Source of the DNA: Mobula hypostoma
Lineage: Eukaryota
Length of the DNA stretch: 64,000 nucleotides
Reading direction: 5' to 3'
Assembly: GCF_963921235.1 (NCBI RefSeq)
Contig: NC_086121.1
Coordinates: forward strand, 20,832,001-20,896,000
Below the pieces are notes generated by a model, which was not told the DNA's origin, did not search any database, and saw only the letters and a program-made list of their open reading frames with translations. Both the position numbers and the translations under genes were made by a program. Positions 1 through 14,280 of the stretch are shown here, piece after piece. How positions within the stretch are numbered: the first letter of the stretch is position 1; the number at the start of each line of letters is the position of its first letter.

Positions 1-95
1 CTTCACAGATACTGCCTGGCTTGCTGAGTTCCTCCAGCACTTTTGAGTGTGTGTGTTGTTCGAGATTTCCAGCATCTGCAGGGTCTCTTGTGTTT
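1..95 (+). mobile_element. Penelope-type terminal-repeat fragment
   Basis: Same tail motif (ctgcctggc..gctgagttcctccagca..ttccagcatctgcag) as the copies at 14456, 15000 and 23457. Confidence 0.65.
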
Positions 96-674
96 AAGAA
101 GAAAGGCTGATGAGAATACATTAATTACTTCCCAACAAGCTATTTCCATAAATCACTTGACATCAGGAATGAAATAAATAATCACAAGACTGGCATGTGA
201 TGTGTGTTTTATAACTGTTTCAGTCAGTGCCTCTAGTGATTATACAGCAGCTGTGTGGTGATGGCTACAGAACAGAGAATGTGCAGAAGGCATAGCACCA
301 CGGGACGCTATCCAGTGCGCCTTTGTTTCTTGCTTGAGTTGGTAACTCCAATGTGCCAATGTTTTGCAGCCTGCAGCATTCACAGCTAATCTCCCCAGCT
401 CTCCAAATCATTAGATTATTGTGTTCAACAATTAATCTTAATGAATCTCCCTCTGGATTTCTCAGTCTCTGTTAAATTAACTGTCTGAAAGCCTTGGTAT
501 ATAGAGTGTGTTCAGAGGAAAGTCTGTAGTGTAAGGGTGTTGAATGAAGTACAGAATTATCAAAGAATTAGATTAACACTTTCTGGGTTCTTGTCAGGGT
601 ATACCAGGCTAATAAAGGTTTAACTATATAATCTATAACCCAACTTCTTTTAAAAATAAGAAACTTCCATTTAG

Positions 675-739
675 ATAGTACCTCCAGGATGATCATAGTA
701 CCTTCGATAATGATCATAGTACCTCCAGGATGATCATAG
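675..739. repeat. Minisatellite, ~20-21-bp unit x3
   Basis: ATAGTACCTCCAGGATGATC / ATAGTACCTTCGATAATGATC / ATAGTACCTCCAGGATGATC. Confidence 0.85.
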
Positions 740-1357
740 CCAATTACGTGATTTCGTAGTGCAGTCACTTTGATTCTTCAGGAAATGTAGCAACTAATTT
801 ACATACAATATTGCCCCGAGATTAATATTTGCCCAAACTACTGAAGAAGATTGCTGTTTTAACATACATCCACAATGGTATTCAAGTGAACATCTCATTT
901 GAAGAGCAGAGCTTCTCGTGTTGTAGGCTCTCGCTCAGCCTAACCAGAACTGAAGACAAGATGCTGCTAATGAACCAACTTGCTGCCACTCAAAGCCTTG
1001 TTGTCTGTGCCTCTCTCACTTTCCCTGCTCTGACAGCACGGCAAAAAGCAGACTAGTGACAGCATTAAGATGCATGCATCACTCAGTGTCCTTTCAATCA
1101 AACAGCAATAATGTCATGATATCAAAGAGGGGACGACACGGTAACCATATTGTTGTCAGTCACACACATCCCAAATTATATCTATGCTTCCAATAGCCAG
1201 TACTTTGATCTTTGATATTAACTGGTTGTTTGTGTTTGCCAGTAAAGATAACCAGGTAAAGATAGAAGGTGGATAGATTTCTGAGTGTAAGTGGCTGATT
1301 CAGACATTATTAAAATGATTATTAAAACCTCAGAATAGTTAAGAATGATGTGGGTAC

Positions 1358-1447
1358 CAGGCAGGCAGTCGAGGTGATGATCACATGGGTCTGCTTCAGC
1401 CTGGGATGTGATGTTCCCGTTACTCAGGTTCTTACTGCGACGCTTGT
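1358..1447 (-). CDS. DRAXIN: Draxin coding exon 4 (start of Cys-rich C-domain); later exons lie outside the window
   Basis: [31 protein letters not shown]; acceptor ttccttgcag, donor gtaccc; 90 nt. Confidence 0.93.
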
Positions 1448-1882
1448 CTGCAAGGAAAATAGATATCAACACTTCACAAGAAATATTTCTGCTGATTGTG
1501 CAGCTGCTCGGATTCACCAAGCCATGGCTAAACTAGTTACATTTTGAGGACAGATTGCACGGAGCAAACTTGTATACCCTCATGAATAGATGATTTATGA
1601 GACACAAAAGATAATTAGAGGATTAATAGAGTAGATGAAGAGAAACTATTTCCTCTGGTGGGGATGCTCAGATCAAATGGAAACAATATTAAAACACTGC
1701 GAAGGGGTGATGTTAAGAAAAACATTTTCACACAAAGTGGATATACAATGGTCTCTCTCCTTCCAAAATAAATTGCTGAGGGAGGCTCACTACAACCAAA
1801 CATACTCGCGCCCCTTGCACACTCATTCCCGCGTCCCACTCCGTTCACACTGCTAACACACTTTCATGCCTCCACTTGTTAC

Positions 1883-1994
1883 CTTTCTTCTTTGTTGAAG
1901 GCCACATATCTGGCTTCATATCTTCATAATCTGTCCAATCAAAGAGCGTCATGTCGAGAGTAGGGTTTACCTCGGCGACAGTTCTTGCTCTGGC
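1883..1994 (-). CDS. DRAXIN: Draxin coding exon 3
   Basis: Translates to [37 protein letters not shown], matching the draxin [18 protein letters not shown] motif; 112 nt, phase 0 to 1. Not in the ORF track. Confidence 0.95.
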
Positions 1995-2519
1995 CTACAT
2001 GAGCTCGGGGCAATGATGAGAGGGGCAGAGATGAGGGCAGCAGAGACAAAGAAATGAATGGAGAATGGAGTGAGAGAGTCGTTTAAAGATAATTAATTGT
2101 TTAAAAAGATAAATAAAGAAAAATTAAAGATATATAAGGGTTGGGACAATTGAGTGGATAATGAAATGAAAGAGCAAAGAAAGTTACACCAATTAGATTG
2201 GTAGAAATTAAATTTTTATGGACAGCAACAAGACTGGAGAAATAGCAACTGGTAAAGAAAACTCAGAGATAAATCACCAAGAGGCAGTGAAGCAGTGACT
2301 CGTGAATCTCCGCCTGATGGAACGTTATCACTTGGGCACTGAAGTAAAACATGCCTGTCTCGCAGTACCTGCAAATGTCATTATGGCTGTTTGAGGAGTT
2401 GAGTTAACACTTTAAAAAAAACTTCTGCAAATAAATATCAGATTTAATTGAAGCTAGGAATCTTCATGTTCTGGGAATGCAAAGACAGTGCCAATTATTT
2501 CTGCGTTGTCCACTTTCCT

Positions 2520-2920
2520 TTCAAAGTTCGAGGTGAATTTATTATCAAAGTACATATATGTCACCACAGACAACCCTGAGATTCCTTTTCTCAGTAAAGC
2601 CAAGAAACACAATAGAATCAAAGAAAGACTGCACCCAACAAGATGGACAAACAAGCAGTGTGCAACAGACAACAAACTGGAAATACTAAATGGAAAAAAG
2701 TAATAATAATAATAAGTAAACAATAAATATCAAGAACATGAGATGAAGAGGCCTTGAAAGTGATTCCATAGTTTGTAGGAACAGTTCAGTGATGGGGTGA
2801 GTGAAATTATCCCCATTGATTCAACAGCCTGATGGTTGACGACTGTTCCTGAACCTGGTAGTGTGGGATCTGAGGATCTTGTACCTTCTTTCTGATGGTG
2901 GCAGTGAGAAGAGGGTATAA
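2520..2920 (-). mobile_element. Rex1/Babar-type LINE 3' fragment
   Basis: Similar to 26005-26600, which encodes the HPGHALF..LP C-terminus. Confidence 0.55.
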
Positions 2921-3724
2921 CCAAATGCCGCCTAAAGCCTCAATTGCCTGAACCAGATCAATAAAACCAACAACATCCTTTGTGACTAAAATATAAGCAT
3001 CTAACCCAAACTGCCACTAAAATCTTAATTTTCAGCTCTGCAAAAGCTTCTTGGTCACAACTAAAATATTCCTTTGCACTTTAGTTGCTCCTTCACATTA
3101 TTTCTTTTTAACCTTTATAAATTCCTCTCTGTAAAACTCATCTCCTTGCAACTTACCTTGTGTGCCTGCTTATCATAATTCCAAGCAATATTATTCCCAC
3201 AATGTATAATTTTCTAAGCCTTCACCCTTATCTAATTCTCTCCACAGTCTGGCCAACTTTTTCACTTCTTTTTGAAGTTCATCAGACACCTGTCTACAAC
3301 AAAACCATATTATAAGTGTGTAGTTAATATTATTATTGTATCAATATGTGAAAGACACTTAAATTATTGGAAAAAAATCTGGTTGTTGGCCAAAATTGCA
3401 AACATTCAGTTTTCTTTTTCATCCTTATTTCCTTATTGGAAGATTGTGCCATGTTTTTCTGATGATGGTCAAACCTCAGAGGGAGTGTGCTTTACTATAT
3501 CCACTGTTTCTCCATGTCATGTCAGTGGTTTTACAGGACGGACTTGGAGATTCAGAAATCCCTGAGGGAGGGCAGATCATGAACTGCTAATCGCAGCATG
3601 ATTTAATTGGTTCACAAAGTGATTCTCCACTGATGTGACATTCCTGCTCCATTAAACTCCTGTTGAAAAGAGCAAAATTGGCTGTTTCAAGTGATGGGAA
3701 AGTGATCAGGTAGGATTGGTTTAC

Positions 3725-3909
3725 CTGCTCTTTTGTTTGCTGTCTAGGCTTTACCGCTGGCACTTCCTCGGTTGTAATGGTGGTCAGCAACGTACTGGTC
3801 ACAATTGCACTGGACATAGGCAGGGGCATAGTAGAAAGTTCATCCATCACCTTGCTTTCTGGTAGATCCCTTACGGATGGAATTAACTCAGTTCCTGAGA
3901 CTTTCAATG
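3725..3909 (-). CDS. DRAXIN: Draxin coding exon 2 (Ser/Thr/Pro-rich linker)
   Basis: Acceptor cctcttccag, donor CAG|gtaaac; 185 nt, phase 1 to 0, in frame with both neighbouring exons. Confidence 0.8.
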
Positions 3910-4254
3910 CTGGAAGAGGATATATAAATTGTCAGATTAATCAAATGCTCTTATAGAAATCAAATAACCAAAACGTTGACAAGGTTTCACTAGGTGACAT
4001 CATGAAAGTGGGGAAGTCCACCTTTGTGTGGTAGGGTGCCAAGGACTTGCTGTGCAACAAGCATGTTACTGCACAAAAGGTCACCAGGTGACGAGGGATT
4101 TGAGAGAGAACTGCACGGTCTGCTGTTTATTTTGTAGTTTCCAGCCTGACTGGCTGTTATTTTCCCTGTCACATTGAGATAAACGTGCTCATTGCTGCAA
4201 AAGCTAAAGAAATAATAATTTGATTTAATTAACATAACTTTAACTTTAATTAAC

Positions 4255-4765
4255 ACTGGCTCAGTGGCCACTTTATTAGGTACACCTGCACACCGGTTTG
4301 TTAATTTCTAATCAGCCAATCATATGGCAGCAACTCAATGCATAAAAGCATGCAGACATGGTCAAGAGGTTCAGTTGTTGTTCAGACCAAACATCAGAAT
4401 GAGGAAGAAGTGTGATCTAAGTGACTTTGACCATGGAATGATTGTTGGTGCCAGATGGTATGGTTTGAGTATCTCAGAAGCGGCTGATCTCCAGGGATTT
4501 TCATGCACAGCTGTCTCTAGACTTCACAGAGAATGGTGCGAAAAACAACAAAACATCCAGTGAGCAGCAGTTTTGTGGGCAAAAACATCCTGTTAATGAG
4601 AAGTCAGAGAAGAAAGTCCAGACTGGTTCAAGCTGACAGGAAGGCAAAGTCACTCAAATAACCACCAGTTACAACAGTGGTGTGCAGAGGAACATCTCTG
4701 AACATACAACATGTCAAACCTTGAAATGGATGGGCTACAGCAGCAGGCGAACACAAACATACATA
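4255..4765 (+). mobile_element. Tc1-like transposon remnant
   Basis: MRKKCDLSDFDHGMIVGARWYGLSISEAADLQGFS is a Tc1 transposase paired-like HTH; a TIR-like cagtggccactttattaggtacacc lies upstream. Confidence 0.85.
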
Positions 4766-7700
4766 ATATTTGTTTGGCATTTCCAATGTGAAAACTGGTT
4801 TCAGATTAAGAACACTAGCTAAGATAAAAGGGAAAGACCAACTAGGGTTGGGCTCATGCCTCTACCCTCCTCAGTCTCCCAGGATAAACAGGAATTCCCA
4901 GCTGTATCCCTCTGCTGCTTTCACTAGCTGCTGTGATCAACTGACAGTCAAGTTTGCTAATCCTCCTAAAAACTTTCAAACCATGCCCAGTATGCCCTAC
5001 ACAAGGAGGTCTTTAACAACATTCTTCATCCTATTGATTACTTTATAATGAAAATGCAATGTTATTCACAATTATTCTGTGCAAAACTTCAACCATTCCG
5101 ATTGAAGTCTATTGCTCTCTCCCAGTGCTTTACCTCATTCTTAGATATAAACATTGCAGTGAGCTTCTTAGGAGCCTTACTCAGTTTGAACTGGCACTCA
5201 GTAATTTAACTGGGTAGAACAGATTTATTGTCAATATATTTGCACACTTTCATAGACCTTTTAATGAAATTTAATGTAACAAGCTAACATTTGTCAAAAA
5301 ATCATGTGGGAATTCTGAATTTGATATAAACAGTTTTTGTGGGTTTTAATTTGTTGCACTGCCCAGGAGAACAAGTTCAGAAATAGGATATAGGGCCTCT
5401 TGTTTCTGATTAATGGTAAACAGTGGCCAAATTAAAGGGAAACTTTACAGGCGGTGGTATCCAGATTTAAATAGTTCCATCAGGTCAATAAGGCTGTGTG
5501 ACTCCATTGTGCACTTAATATTTTACTAATATTTGAATAATATTTTAAATATATTGCTTGATGAGCACTTTTTGTTTAAATGATTCATTACGGGTTACGT
5601 GTAAAAGCACATGAATGGCGTATGTTATTACGCCACCAAGTCACATACGCAAGTCTCACTAAAGTAAAACAAAACAAAGACAATCATCTCCCAGCTCCAT
5701 GTTTTTCTTTCAATTAATTTTATGTTTTGGAGTTACAAAACATAACAGACTGTAAAAAGGGATTTCCCTCATATTTAACTCAACAGTTTATGATCTGTCT
5801 GCATGGCTACCCCACCAGAAGCAAGAAGACATCTGCATAGAAAAGAAAAATATTTACATGGTATATCTCATGACCTCTTGATGCATTGACACATCTTACA
5901 TCAAATGAAGTATTTTTTCTTGTTGATTTGGGTCATGTGACTGCCTCTGGCAAGGTCAGTGTTCATGGCCCATCCCTACAACCTTGGGCGAAGGTGGTGT
6001 GAGGAACTCCAACTCTCAGACTGCTGCAGTCCTTCTGGTGAGGATGCCTTAAGGTGTCAATGGCAGAATCTTCCAAGACTTAGCCCAGTGATGATGAAGG
6101 AATGGCAATAAATTTCCAATTCAGAAGAGTCTGAGGATGGTGCAGCCACCAATGCAGTCAAGTGCCTTTGTCTCCAGAGGTGGTAGAAGCCATGGTCTGG
6201 GAGGATCTGTTTACAAAACTTCATTGAACTACTGCAATGGATTTAATAAATGGTATCTACTGCAGCTAATGAGCTGATGGTGAAGGAGTGAAAGCTTAGA
6301 GCCATTGGTAGGTGAAGCTAGGCTGCTCCATCCCGAACACCACTAAATTTCTTTAGTGTTGTTGGAGCTGCACACATACAGGCACAGGGTGACTGTTCCA
6401 TCACATTCTTGAAGAAGAACAGGGAAACTCTGGAATATGAGTAACACGCTGCAAAGTATCCAGTGCCTTCTCTTGTACTAACGCTACATACAGAGGACCA
6501 GGTGAGTTTCAGGACGTTGGCAATGGGGGATTTAGTGACGGTAATACCTTTGAATGTTAAAGGTCAGGGGAAATGTTGAAGTGTAGCATTTAATTTGGAG
6601 GAAAGCTTCAATAAGGAAGTGAACGTATGATTTTGTTAATAAATGACTAGGACTGCCAGATTGGCTAACAGTTTCTTCGCTCAGGATGTGAGACTAATGT
6701 GATTCCACCACCACCGAGGTCTCATCACAAGGAGCTACTTACTGCTTACTGTCTACCTGTGCCGCGCACGACGTGCACTTCGAGTTATATTTTATTAACT
6801 TATTTGTGGTAACATTTTGCTTTATGTATTGCGTGTGATACTGGTTCCGTGGGTGCACTGTGGTCCAGAGAAATATTGGTTTGTTTGGTAGTATATAGGT
6901 ACAACCAAAATATGACAATAAACCTGAACTTAGAACTTGAAATACTGAATATTGAGTTCCCCAGGGAAATCCACTGATCTTTGGTAAAGCCACCAGACTA
7001 TCACAAGACTCCCTGCAGATATTAAGTTGGTGGAAACAGTTCATTAAAACATGCTGATATACTGTTCTTTTTATTTAAAGTCTACACTGCTTGTTATTTG
7101 ACATCGTTTTAATGATCTCACGCTGACAGTTGGTGATTTTGTGGGAGAATTCATTGATCATTGAGATTAATTTTGGAGGAACTATCTCATCAATCCACAG
7201 GGCCCAGGAGGGCAGAAAATACTCTCGGCCTTGGTCACCAAACCTTGTCCTCGTAATAACCCTGTGAAGTGCAAAGAGACCTGAGCTATGCATAAAAGTA
7301 GATCAGAATGATCTTTTGCTGCGTTCAATATGTTTTTGGAAACAATTACGGAGCAGTTCTTCGCTCCAATGAAAGCTTGCAACTGTTATAGAGAGCTCGG
7401 AAGCAAATTGCCTTCTTTAACAACAATCAGCACAGTGTGACCAGCATGCCAGTTACAAATAAAATACAAACGAATAAACTGTACAGCAAAAAAAATCGCT
7501 TTCCCCGACCATGACCAGTGTTTAGGGACTGCCAGCTCTGCGTGTCAGCCGTGACTGTGACATGCAGCCAGAGTGTTGCTCAGAATAATAGAATCAGGTA
7601 GGCGCAGGTGTAGTCACAGAAAGTGACGCACATCCCTTTAAGGTTCTTGCCTTCAGCTGCACCAAATTAGGCTACATAGGAGGGAGCTGTGCAGTGGGTT

Positions 7701-9237
7701 TTAAATTCTCACCATAGGGGGCCGACCTATCCAATCACCCATGCAGCTGGAATTCAAAAAGAGTTGTCAGTGGGATCTGAGCTCCCTCATGATATCAGAT
7801 TATTATTTCTCATAATGAACAAAGAGGTGAGATTTTAAACAAACCGCAGCAAGAATATTCCTGTTCGAATCTTTGCAATTTTTCTCCTATTTTTTTTATT
7901 TACTCGGTCGATTACTTTTGCTTTAGAATGCACACTTATTCATGTCGCAGGCGTGGAATATCCAAAGCCAGGAGTAAAGGAGATACAAGTAGAATGCGTA
8001 TAGACACTGGATTGAACCAAAGCAGACAGCATGCAGATGGAATGCAGAATACTCCCCCCACCACCCCACCCTGCCCCCAAACAAGGATGGGGGTAGAGCG
8101 GATACAGTACAGCTAGCCTTTCTGGCAAAGTTACGACAAAATTTGCAATCGGTTTCATAAGCAATAACCTTATTTAACCATAAAATGACACGTGCCCTGA
8201 AAGAAAAGTATGTGGCTGAACGAGAGGAGGGAATGAAAACATGGCGACTTGACACATTAAGATGGAGAGGAAAAAAAAGAAAGATAAAGAGACAGGGAGA
8301 AGAGGACAGAGAGAAAAAGTAAAAGACGAGGCAATGAATCATGTGGTGAGCAAAGAAAGGGGACAGTGGCAGCAGAGGAAGTAAGAGGCAAAGCTGATCT
8401 GAAAATGAGAGTTACATGGACAAAATAAGGGTGTAAAAGGAAATAGAAGGCAGGAAGGAAGTTATGTGGGAAAAGGAAAAGATGAAGGCTGGTAGACTGT
8501 AATGTATATACTGCTTATTTTGTATAACAAATGTCTAAGAGTATAAAAACAAGGCTAATTAAACGAAGAACAAATTAGAACAGGCAATCAAGGCTTTGAT
8601 CAAATATGTGGATTTCAAAGAAGATTTTAAAGAGAATATCTTTTTAAATGGAGAAGAAGTTGAGAGAGAAAAAAAATTTAACAATTACATTGGTGGTTGA
8701 AGGCAAAGGTAGTAAATGTGGGACAAGGAGGGGAATGTATCAACAATATGAAGGTTTGAAGAATTAAGTTACTAAATTAGAAAAAAAATGTTTCAGAGAT
8801 GGGAAGTGCAGGATTTAAATGTAGCAATGCAAGTTTTAAATTGAAAACTGTGAAAGACAGAGGGAATGGATGAACAGAACTTGCAAAGGAACAAAATATG
8901 GGTGGCAGAATTCTGGAGGACCACAGTTTTATGGAGGGTTGGAACTCAATGGTCAACTGAGACAGAATATTATGGAAAGACTGTAAAACTGTCTGTTTTA
9001 GGAAACCCCTTTTTGGTTTTATTATTTTTTTTTAAATTATGTCTTTCAAGAGAAATACAAACACTAGAGCCATCAATATTAGAGTTAGATTTTTCTAAAA
9101 TGTTACCATATTATTTTAATTTTAGTATGTTTTGTTTTAAAACTTCATTTTTGCCAGGTATGTCCAATGCTGGAGAATCTCTCCAGCTCATTTAAGATAA
9201 AAACCTATACACCAGAGCGTCCCCAAGTCCTGCTTAC

Positions 9238-9706
9238 CCTTGTTATGTCGTCCTCGCTCTCTCCGATTTTGCTTCTTGTGATCTCGGCTGTGTTTTCTCC
9301 CTTTATTTGCGGATTCCACCGTCCGGTAATTTTCTAACTCTCGGGGATAAAACTGGCCACTTTGATCCCCTGCTCCCTCCTCCAGCATGGCTGCTCTCTC
9401 TAGGCTGTCTGTCTCCACACGCACTGGTGTAAGGCTCTCCAGTCCTACGCCGTCTTCATCGGGTCTCCCGGCCTCCATCACTCTGGTCACCATAGTGCTG
9501 GCCTTCTCCTTCCTCAGTACGCCGTGTCTGCGGCCTGCTCTGGGCAGGTCTGGCCAAGAGTCGTGCCTCTTCAGACTGTGGTCGGTGTCGGGTGGCTGCA
9601 GTGAGCTCTTCTTATCCCTGGAGTCGGCCTCCAGAGCACAGACCTGGCTCAGAACGTCAAAAACCAAGATGAGGAGGAAAGGAGGCGTGAGGTACCACTG
9701 AGCCAT
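9238..9706 (-). CDS. DRAXIN: Draxin coding exon 1 (signal peptide and basic region)
   Basis: ATG at 9706 gives MAQWYLTPPFLLILVFDVLSQVCA (signal-peptide-like), GLESLTPVRVE and KGRKHSRDHKKQNRRERGRHNK. Acceptor ttcttcttcag opens the exon at 9724; donor G|gtaagc, phase 1. Confidence 0.9.
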
Positions 9707-11084
9707 TTTCTTTGTACGATTAAGCTGAAGAAGAAACAGGCAATACATTTGATTTAAAATGCTGATCGTGGTTTGTACAACATTCAGGCACGGATTAATG
9801 TTCAGCTCTAGATAGACAAAACACTCCCAGTAGTTTAGATGCTATAGTTTAGTGGGCATTGTATCTCAGCTGCTGGAAAGGGTTAGGAGTTCAAATGCCG
9901 TTTAGTTCCAGCTGATGTTATTGGAATGATTATGGGAGAAATCCAATTTGTTATAGCGTCCTTGGATGACGCTAAAACTGGGGAAACCAAACTCGGTTGT
10001 TATGCAATAACGCCCGCAGGACCCATTCCCCGGTGACAGATGGTGCCTTCAAGAAAGCCGTAAGGTCAAAATGGGGGGTGGCGGGGTTGGGGGGAGTTGG
10101 TAAAAACTGACCACTACACCCAGAGCTCAGCTATTACAATGCTCTCATCATCATCATCTGCTCCTGGCCGTCCTGCATTACAAAATAATTGCAGTAGTTC
10201 CCTCCCAACGCAAGGACAATAAATATCAGTCATGCACATACAAACAATACAGACAGGAGCATCCACTGTTGTAACCACAACACTAATATTTATTTCCCTA
10301 GAGTCGGGGAGAGGAAAATCAGGTGGGGCGTTTTGCCCTGGATAGTATTCAATGCTTCCAACTAGAAAACGCATATGTACCCGTGCATAAAACGAGGCCG
10401 GGTGTTTGTGTCACGAGTGATCCCACTCCGGGACATATGGTGGCTGAGCTAATGCATGCATGGAACTGTAGTCCATTGTAGGGGGTGGGGGAAATTTAGA
10501 AGGGAAAAAAAATCAATGTGATTGATGAATCAGGAGACTAGGCTTTAGAAACCATGACAAACGAGCACAATACAACACCGCACAATAGTTTTGATATTAA
10601 AATAGAAAGTGAGTATTCAAAATGCCGCGAAGGTAGTAGATTTGAAGGAGTGGCCATATTCTGAAATGTATGTAAATTTAACATCTCAATTCTTTAACTA
10701 GTATTTCCCCAGCCCACGGGGATAATATTAATTAATTACAACTTCCCGAGGGGACAGCCTCTCAACTCCCATCTGCTGTAGGACCAAACATTTCTTCCAG
10801 CAATTTGCAGCATCTTCCATTGTATAGACACACACAACACCGGCGCCCTACCCGCAACCCCCCCCCCCAACTCCCCTCCCCACCTCACCTCCGAAAATTC
10901 CACCTCTCCAAAATCATCTCCGCCATCATCTACGGAGCTTCAGCTTCCCCCCTCCCCCCCCCCGCAACAATCAGAATCACAAAGCATTGTTTTCCAAGTT
11001 TCGCAGGCATGTGCTTGACCTCCCGTCGGTATCCCCCGCGACTGATCAAATGTTGAATGCTCTGCCAAGGTGCCAAGGTCCCGC

Positions 11085-11635
11085 NNNNNNNNNNNNNNNN
11101 NNNNNNNNNNNNNNNNNNNNNNNNNNNNNNNNNNNNNNNNNNNNNNNNNNNNNNNNNNNNNNNNNNNNNNNNNNNNNNNNNNNNNNNNNNNNNNNNNNNN
11201 NNNNNNNNNNNNNNNNNNNNNNNNNNNNNNNNNNNNNNNNNNNNNNNNNNNNNNNNNNNNNNNNNNNNNNNNNNNNNNNNNNNNNNNNNNNNNNNNNNNN
11301 NNNNNNNNNNNNNNNNNNNNNNNNNNNNNNNNNNNNNNNNNNNNNNNNNNNNNNNNNNNNNNNNNNNNNNNNNNNNNNNNNNNNNNNNNNNNNNNNNNNN
11401 NNNNNNNNNNNNNNNNNNNNNNNNNNNNNNNNNNNNNNNNNNNNNNNNNNNNNNNNNNNNNNNNNNNNNNNNNNNNNNNNNNNNNNNNNNNNNNNNNNNN
11501 NNNNNNNNNNNNNNNNNNNNNNNNNNNNNNNNNNNNNNNNNNNNNNNNNNNNNNNNNNNNNNNNNNNNNNNNNNNNNNNNNNNNNNNNNNNNNNNNNNNN
11601 NNNNNNNNNNNNNNNNNNNNNNNNNNNNNNNNNNN
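11085..11635. other. Assembly gap
   Basis: Run of N. Confidence 1.
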
Positions 11636-11915
11636 ACTCATACACACGCGTACATACACACACACACACACAATACCAACATCCAGGGTTCAAACAGCGT
11701 ACGAACTTCGGCCCCTGCACAACTGGCTTTCCAATCCCCAGCACTTTAACAGAGAGAGAACAATCCTTTCCCAATGTAAACAAACTACCGACAATCAAAT
11801 CGATCATTTTAACAAGGTAATTGATGCTCAATGTTTGACAAACATCTTGGACTCCTTTTTTTTAGTTTGGAAGCAAATGATTTACAGATAGACCAACCAG
11901 AACACATACATTGAC

Positions 11916-12061
11916 NNNNNNNNNNNNNNNNNNNNNNNNNNNNNNNNNNNNNNNNNNNNNNNNNNNNNNNNNNNNNNNNNNNNNNNNNNNNNNNNNNNNN
12001 NNNNNNNNNNNNNNNNNNNNNNNNNNNNNNNNNNNNNNNNNNNNNNNNNNNNNNNNNNNNN
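11916..12061. other. Assembly gap
   Basis: Run of N. Confidence 1.
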
Positions 12062-13709
12062 CTCCAATAAATACAAATCATTCCGAAAATCGTCAGAGAG
12101 CCATTTACAGTTGAGTTGCAGGTGTCTTGAGATGCGACACGAGCCGAATAACATTCAAAGGCGCCGTTCGGCACCGAACACCACGCTGATCCGGACATCC
12201 TCCTTCCTACCTGTCTGTTTCTTGGGCTCAGGGCACAGAGAGCTGCCACTCCGGCAACCCGATAGAACCGAAGATTCAATATCTCCCAGACTGGGAAAGG
12301 AATAAGCATCCGCGCTCCCGGGCGCGTTCGCGACTATGATGTCAGCGATAGACAGGGGCGGGCACGAACAGAACGAATAGAGAAATGTCACAAGAGATAC
12401 AGTAAAGTAGAAATGAAGATAGGAATGGGGGTGTGTGGAGGTCGTGTCCAAGCAATGTTTTTTTTTGTCTTGAAGGTGAATGGAGATGGTCGATGGGGCT
12501 GGTCAGCAGGAGAGGCAACGCAATTGAAGAGAGCATGGATGGGAAACGTTGGATATGTAGAAGCGTTATTAGTTTGGCGACTGTGACAAGTGTGGTCGCC
12601 CAGGTAACGGGTGCAAGAACGGAATGTCTGAAATATTTTGGAAATATGCAAATAAACCCAAGAAATGCCTCGGAAAACAAGAGTTGGAAGGGCTTCGCGC
12701 TATAAATAGGCTGTTAGATGAGAGTGGACGAACGGTAGCGGATAAGAGTTTCACGTAGCTCACAGTGAGTACTGTGCTGTCATGGGAGTCTAATAAAAGG
12801 ACGATTGAGGACAGATGAACAAAGAGATGTGAGAGGATAGTTACTCAATTCAAAAAAAATAAAAGGTTAAGCAGTAAGCGCAAAAACCGCGAGGATTAAT
12901 GGCATATTGGTTTCAGTCAGGAGAGAGGCGATAATAAGTATGCGCCATCACACAAATTGTACTCTCGATCTGTATTTCATTAGTTCCGATAAAGCCCAGA
13001 AACAATTTATTGGAATGGGCCTGACCGGGAGAGATGGGTCTATCTATAGTGGAACTAGGCATAGTCCCTGACTGTTAAAGTACGATGCTGGACAGTCCGG
13101 AAGACGGGAACACAATCCTAATGTTCAGGCTTAGCAGTTAAATGCGATTGCAAATTTAAAAAACCGTTTTCATTCAAATTGATGTAATCAGAAGGGGAAG
13201 TTGCCGTGTGGATCGTAGATACCGTTAACTCATAATAGACGGCCAGGAAGTTGTGTAACATCAAAGCTGTCAGATGGCGGACATGCCGGCTTCTTCCCCT
13301 GCCTTTCTAGTCCTGAAAAGTCGGCTGTTTATTCCTCTCCATAGATGCTGCCTGACCTGCTGAGTTCTCCTAGCATTGTGTGTGCCCCTTTATTTTATTA
13401 TCTGTAGTAAATTGTGAGGAGAGAATTTTAAAAATGCAGCACAGAAGCAACTGTATGGACAACACCTTTCCTTAAACCTGGTTAAGGGTTGGGATACTTA
13501 AATGGCAATGGGGAGGGGGAAGTTAAACGGTAGTGATTTTGATTGTTTCTCTAACTAAAAGTTATCATGTTGAATTAATCTGCACAAATACAAACCATTC
13601 GGTTCACCCTATCTGCACTGGAAATCAGGGTTTATACAGGACCTAGTCCACCGCTTTTCAATTTCCCGTGTCAGCATATTCCTCCATCCCGTTATGCCTG
13701 TTTCCTCAA

Positions 13710-14280
13710 CTTTCTCAAGTCAGGTTCATTGTCCTTTAACGGTATACAGGTGCATGTACACCCCCAAACAGGTTTCTCCGGACCAGGGTGTGAAGCACGG
13801 TGGTACACATAACACACGATAACTTAGGAACGCAAGAATTAAAACATCAAATGAATTACGCATTGATTGGCAAGAAGTGCGTAAGTTAAGATTGTAGCGT
13901 ACAGTACAAAGTATCCGAGGCATTTCGAATGCGTTGCGGCCGGGAGTTCAGAAGCCTAGTGGCCTGAGGGAAGAAACTGTTTTCATCCTGATCGTTGTTG
14001 TCTTTACGCAACCGAGCCTCCGGCCTGATGGTAGAATGTCAGGGAGGATGCTGGATGGATGGGTGGGATCCTTGATAGTACCAAGGGCCCTGCGTACGCA
14101 ACGCTCCTGATAAATGCCCCCGATAGCTGGTACGGAGACACCACCCCCCCCCCCCGCCCGCATGGTTCTCTCAGCCGTTCTCACGGTCCTTTGTAGGGAA
14201 TTCCGGTCCAGTGTTCTGCTGCTCCCGTATCAGATGGAGGTGCCGGGTGTCGGGACGCTCTCAATGGTGCTCCTCAGTTA
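13710..14280 (-). mobile_element. Rex1/Babar LINE 3' fragment
   Basis: IYQERCVRRALGTIKDPTHPSSILPDILPSGRR. Confidence 0.75.

Noticed and set aside
675-739. Regularly spaced repeats resembling CRISPR
   Set aside because: Head-to-tail units with no unique spacers; a minisatellite in vertebrate DNA.
1-1350. Remaining DRAXIN Cys-rich exons
   Set aside because: I found no CCDLR-like coding sequence on the - strand; presumably left of the window.
5510-5750. Possible solo LTR
   Set aside because: Repeat-like, but I could not verify termini or a TSD.
10940-12309. Long ORFs of 166-277 aa
   Set aside because: Artefacts of translating through N gaps.
10700-12400. DRAXIN non-coding first exon and promoter
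   Set aside because: Implied by the acceptor at 9724, but cannot be placed; the region contains two gaps.
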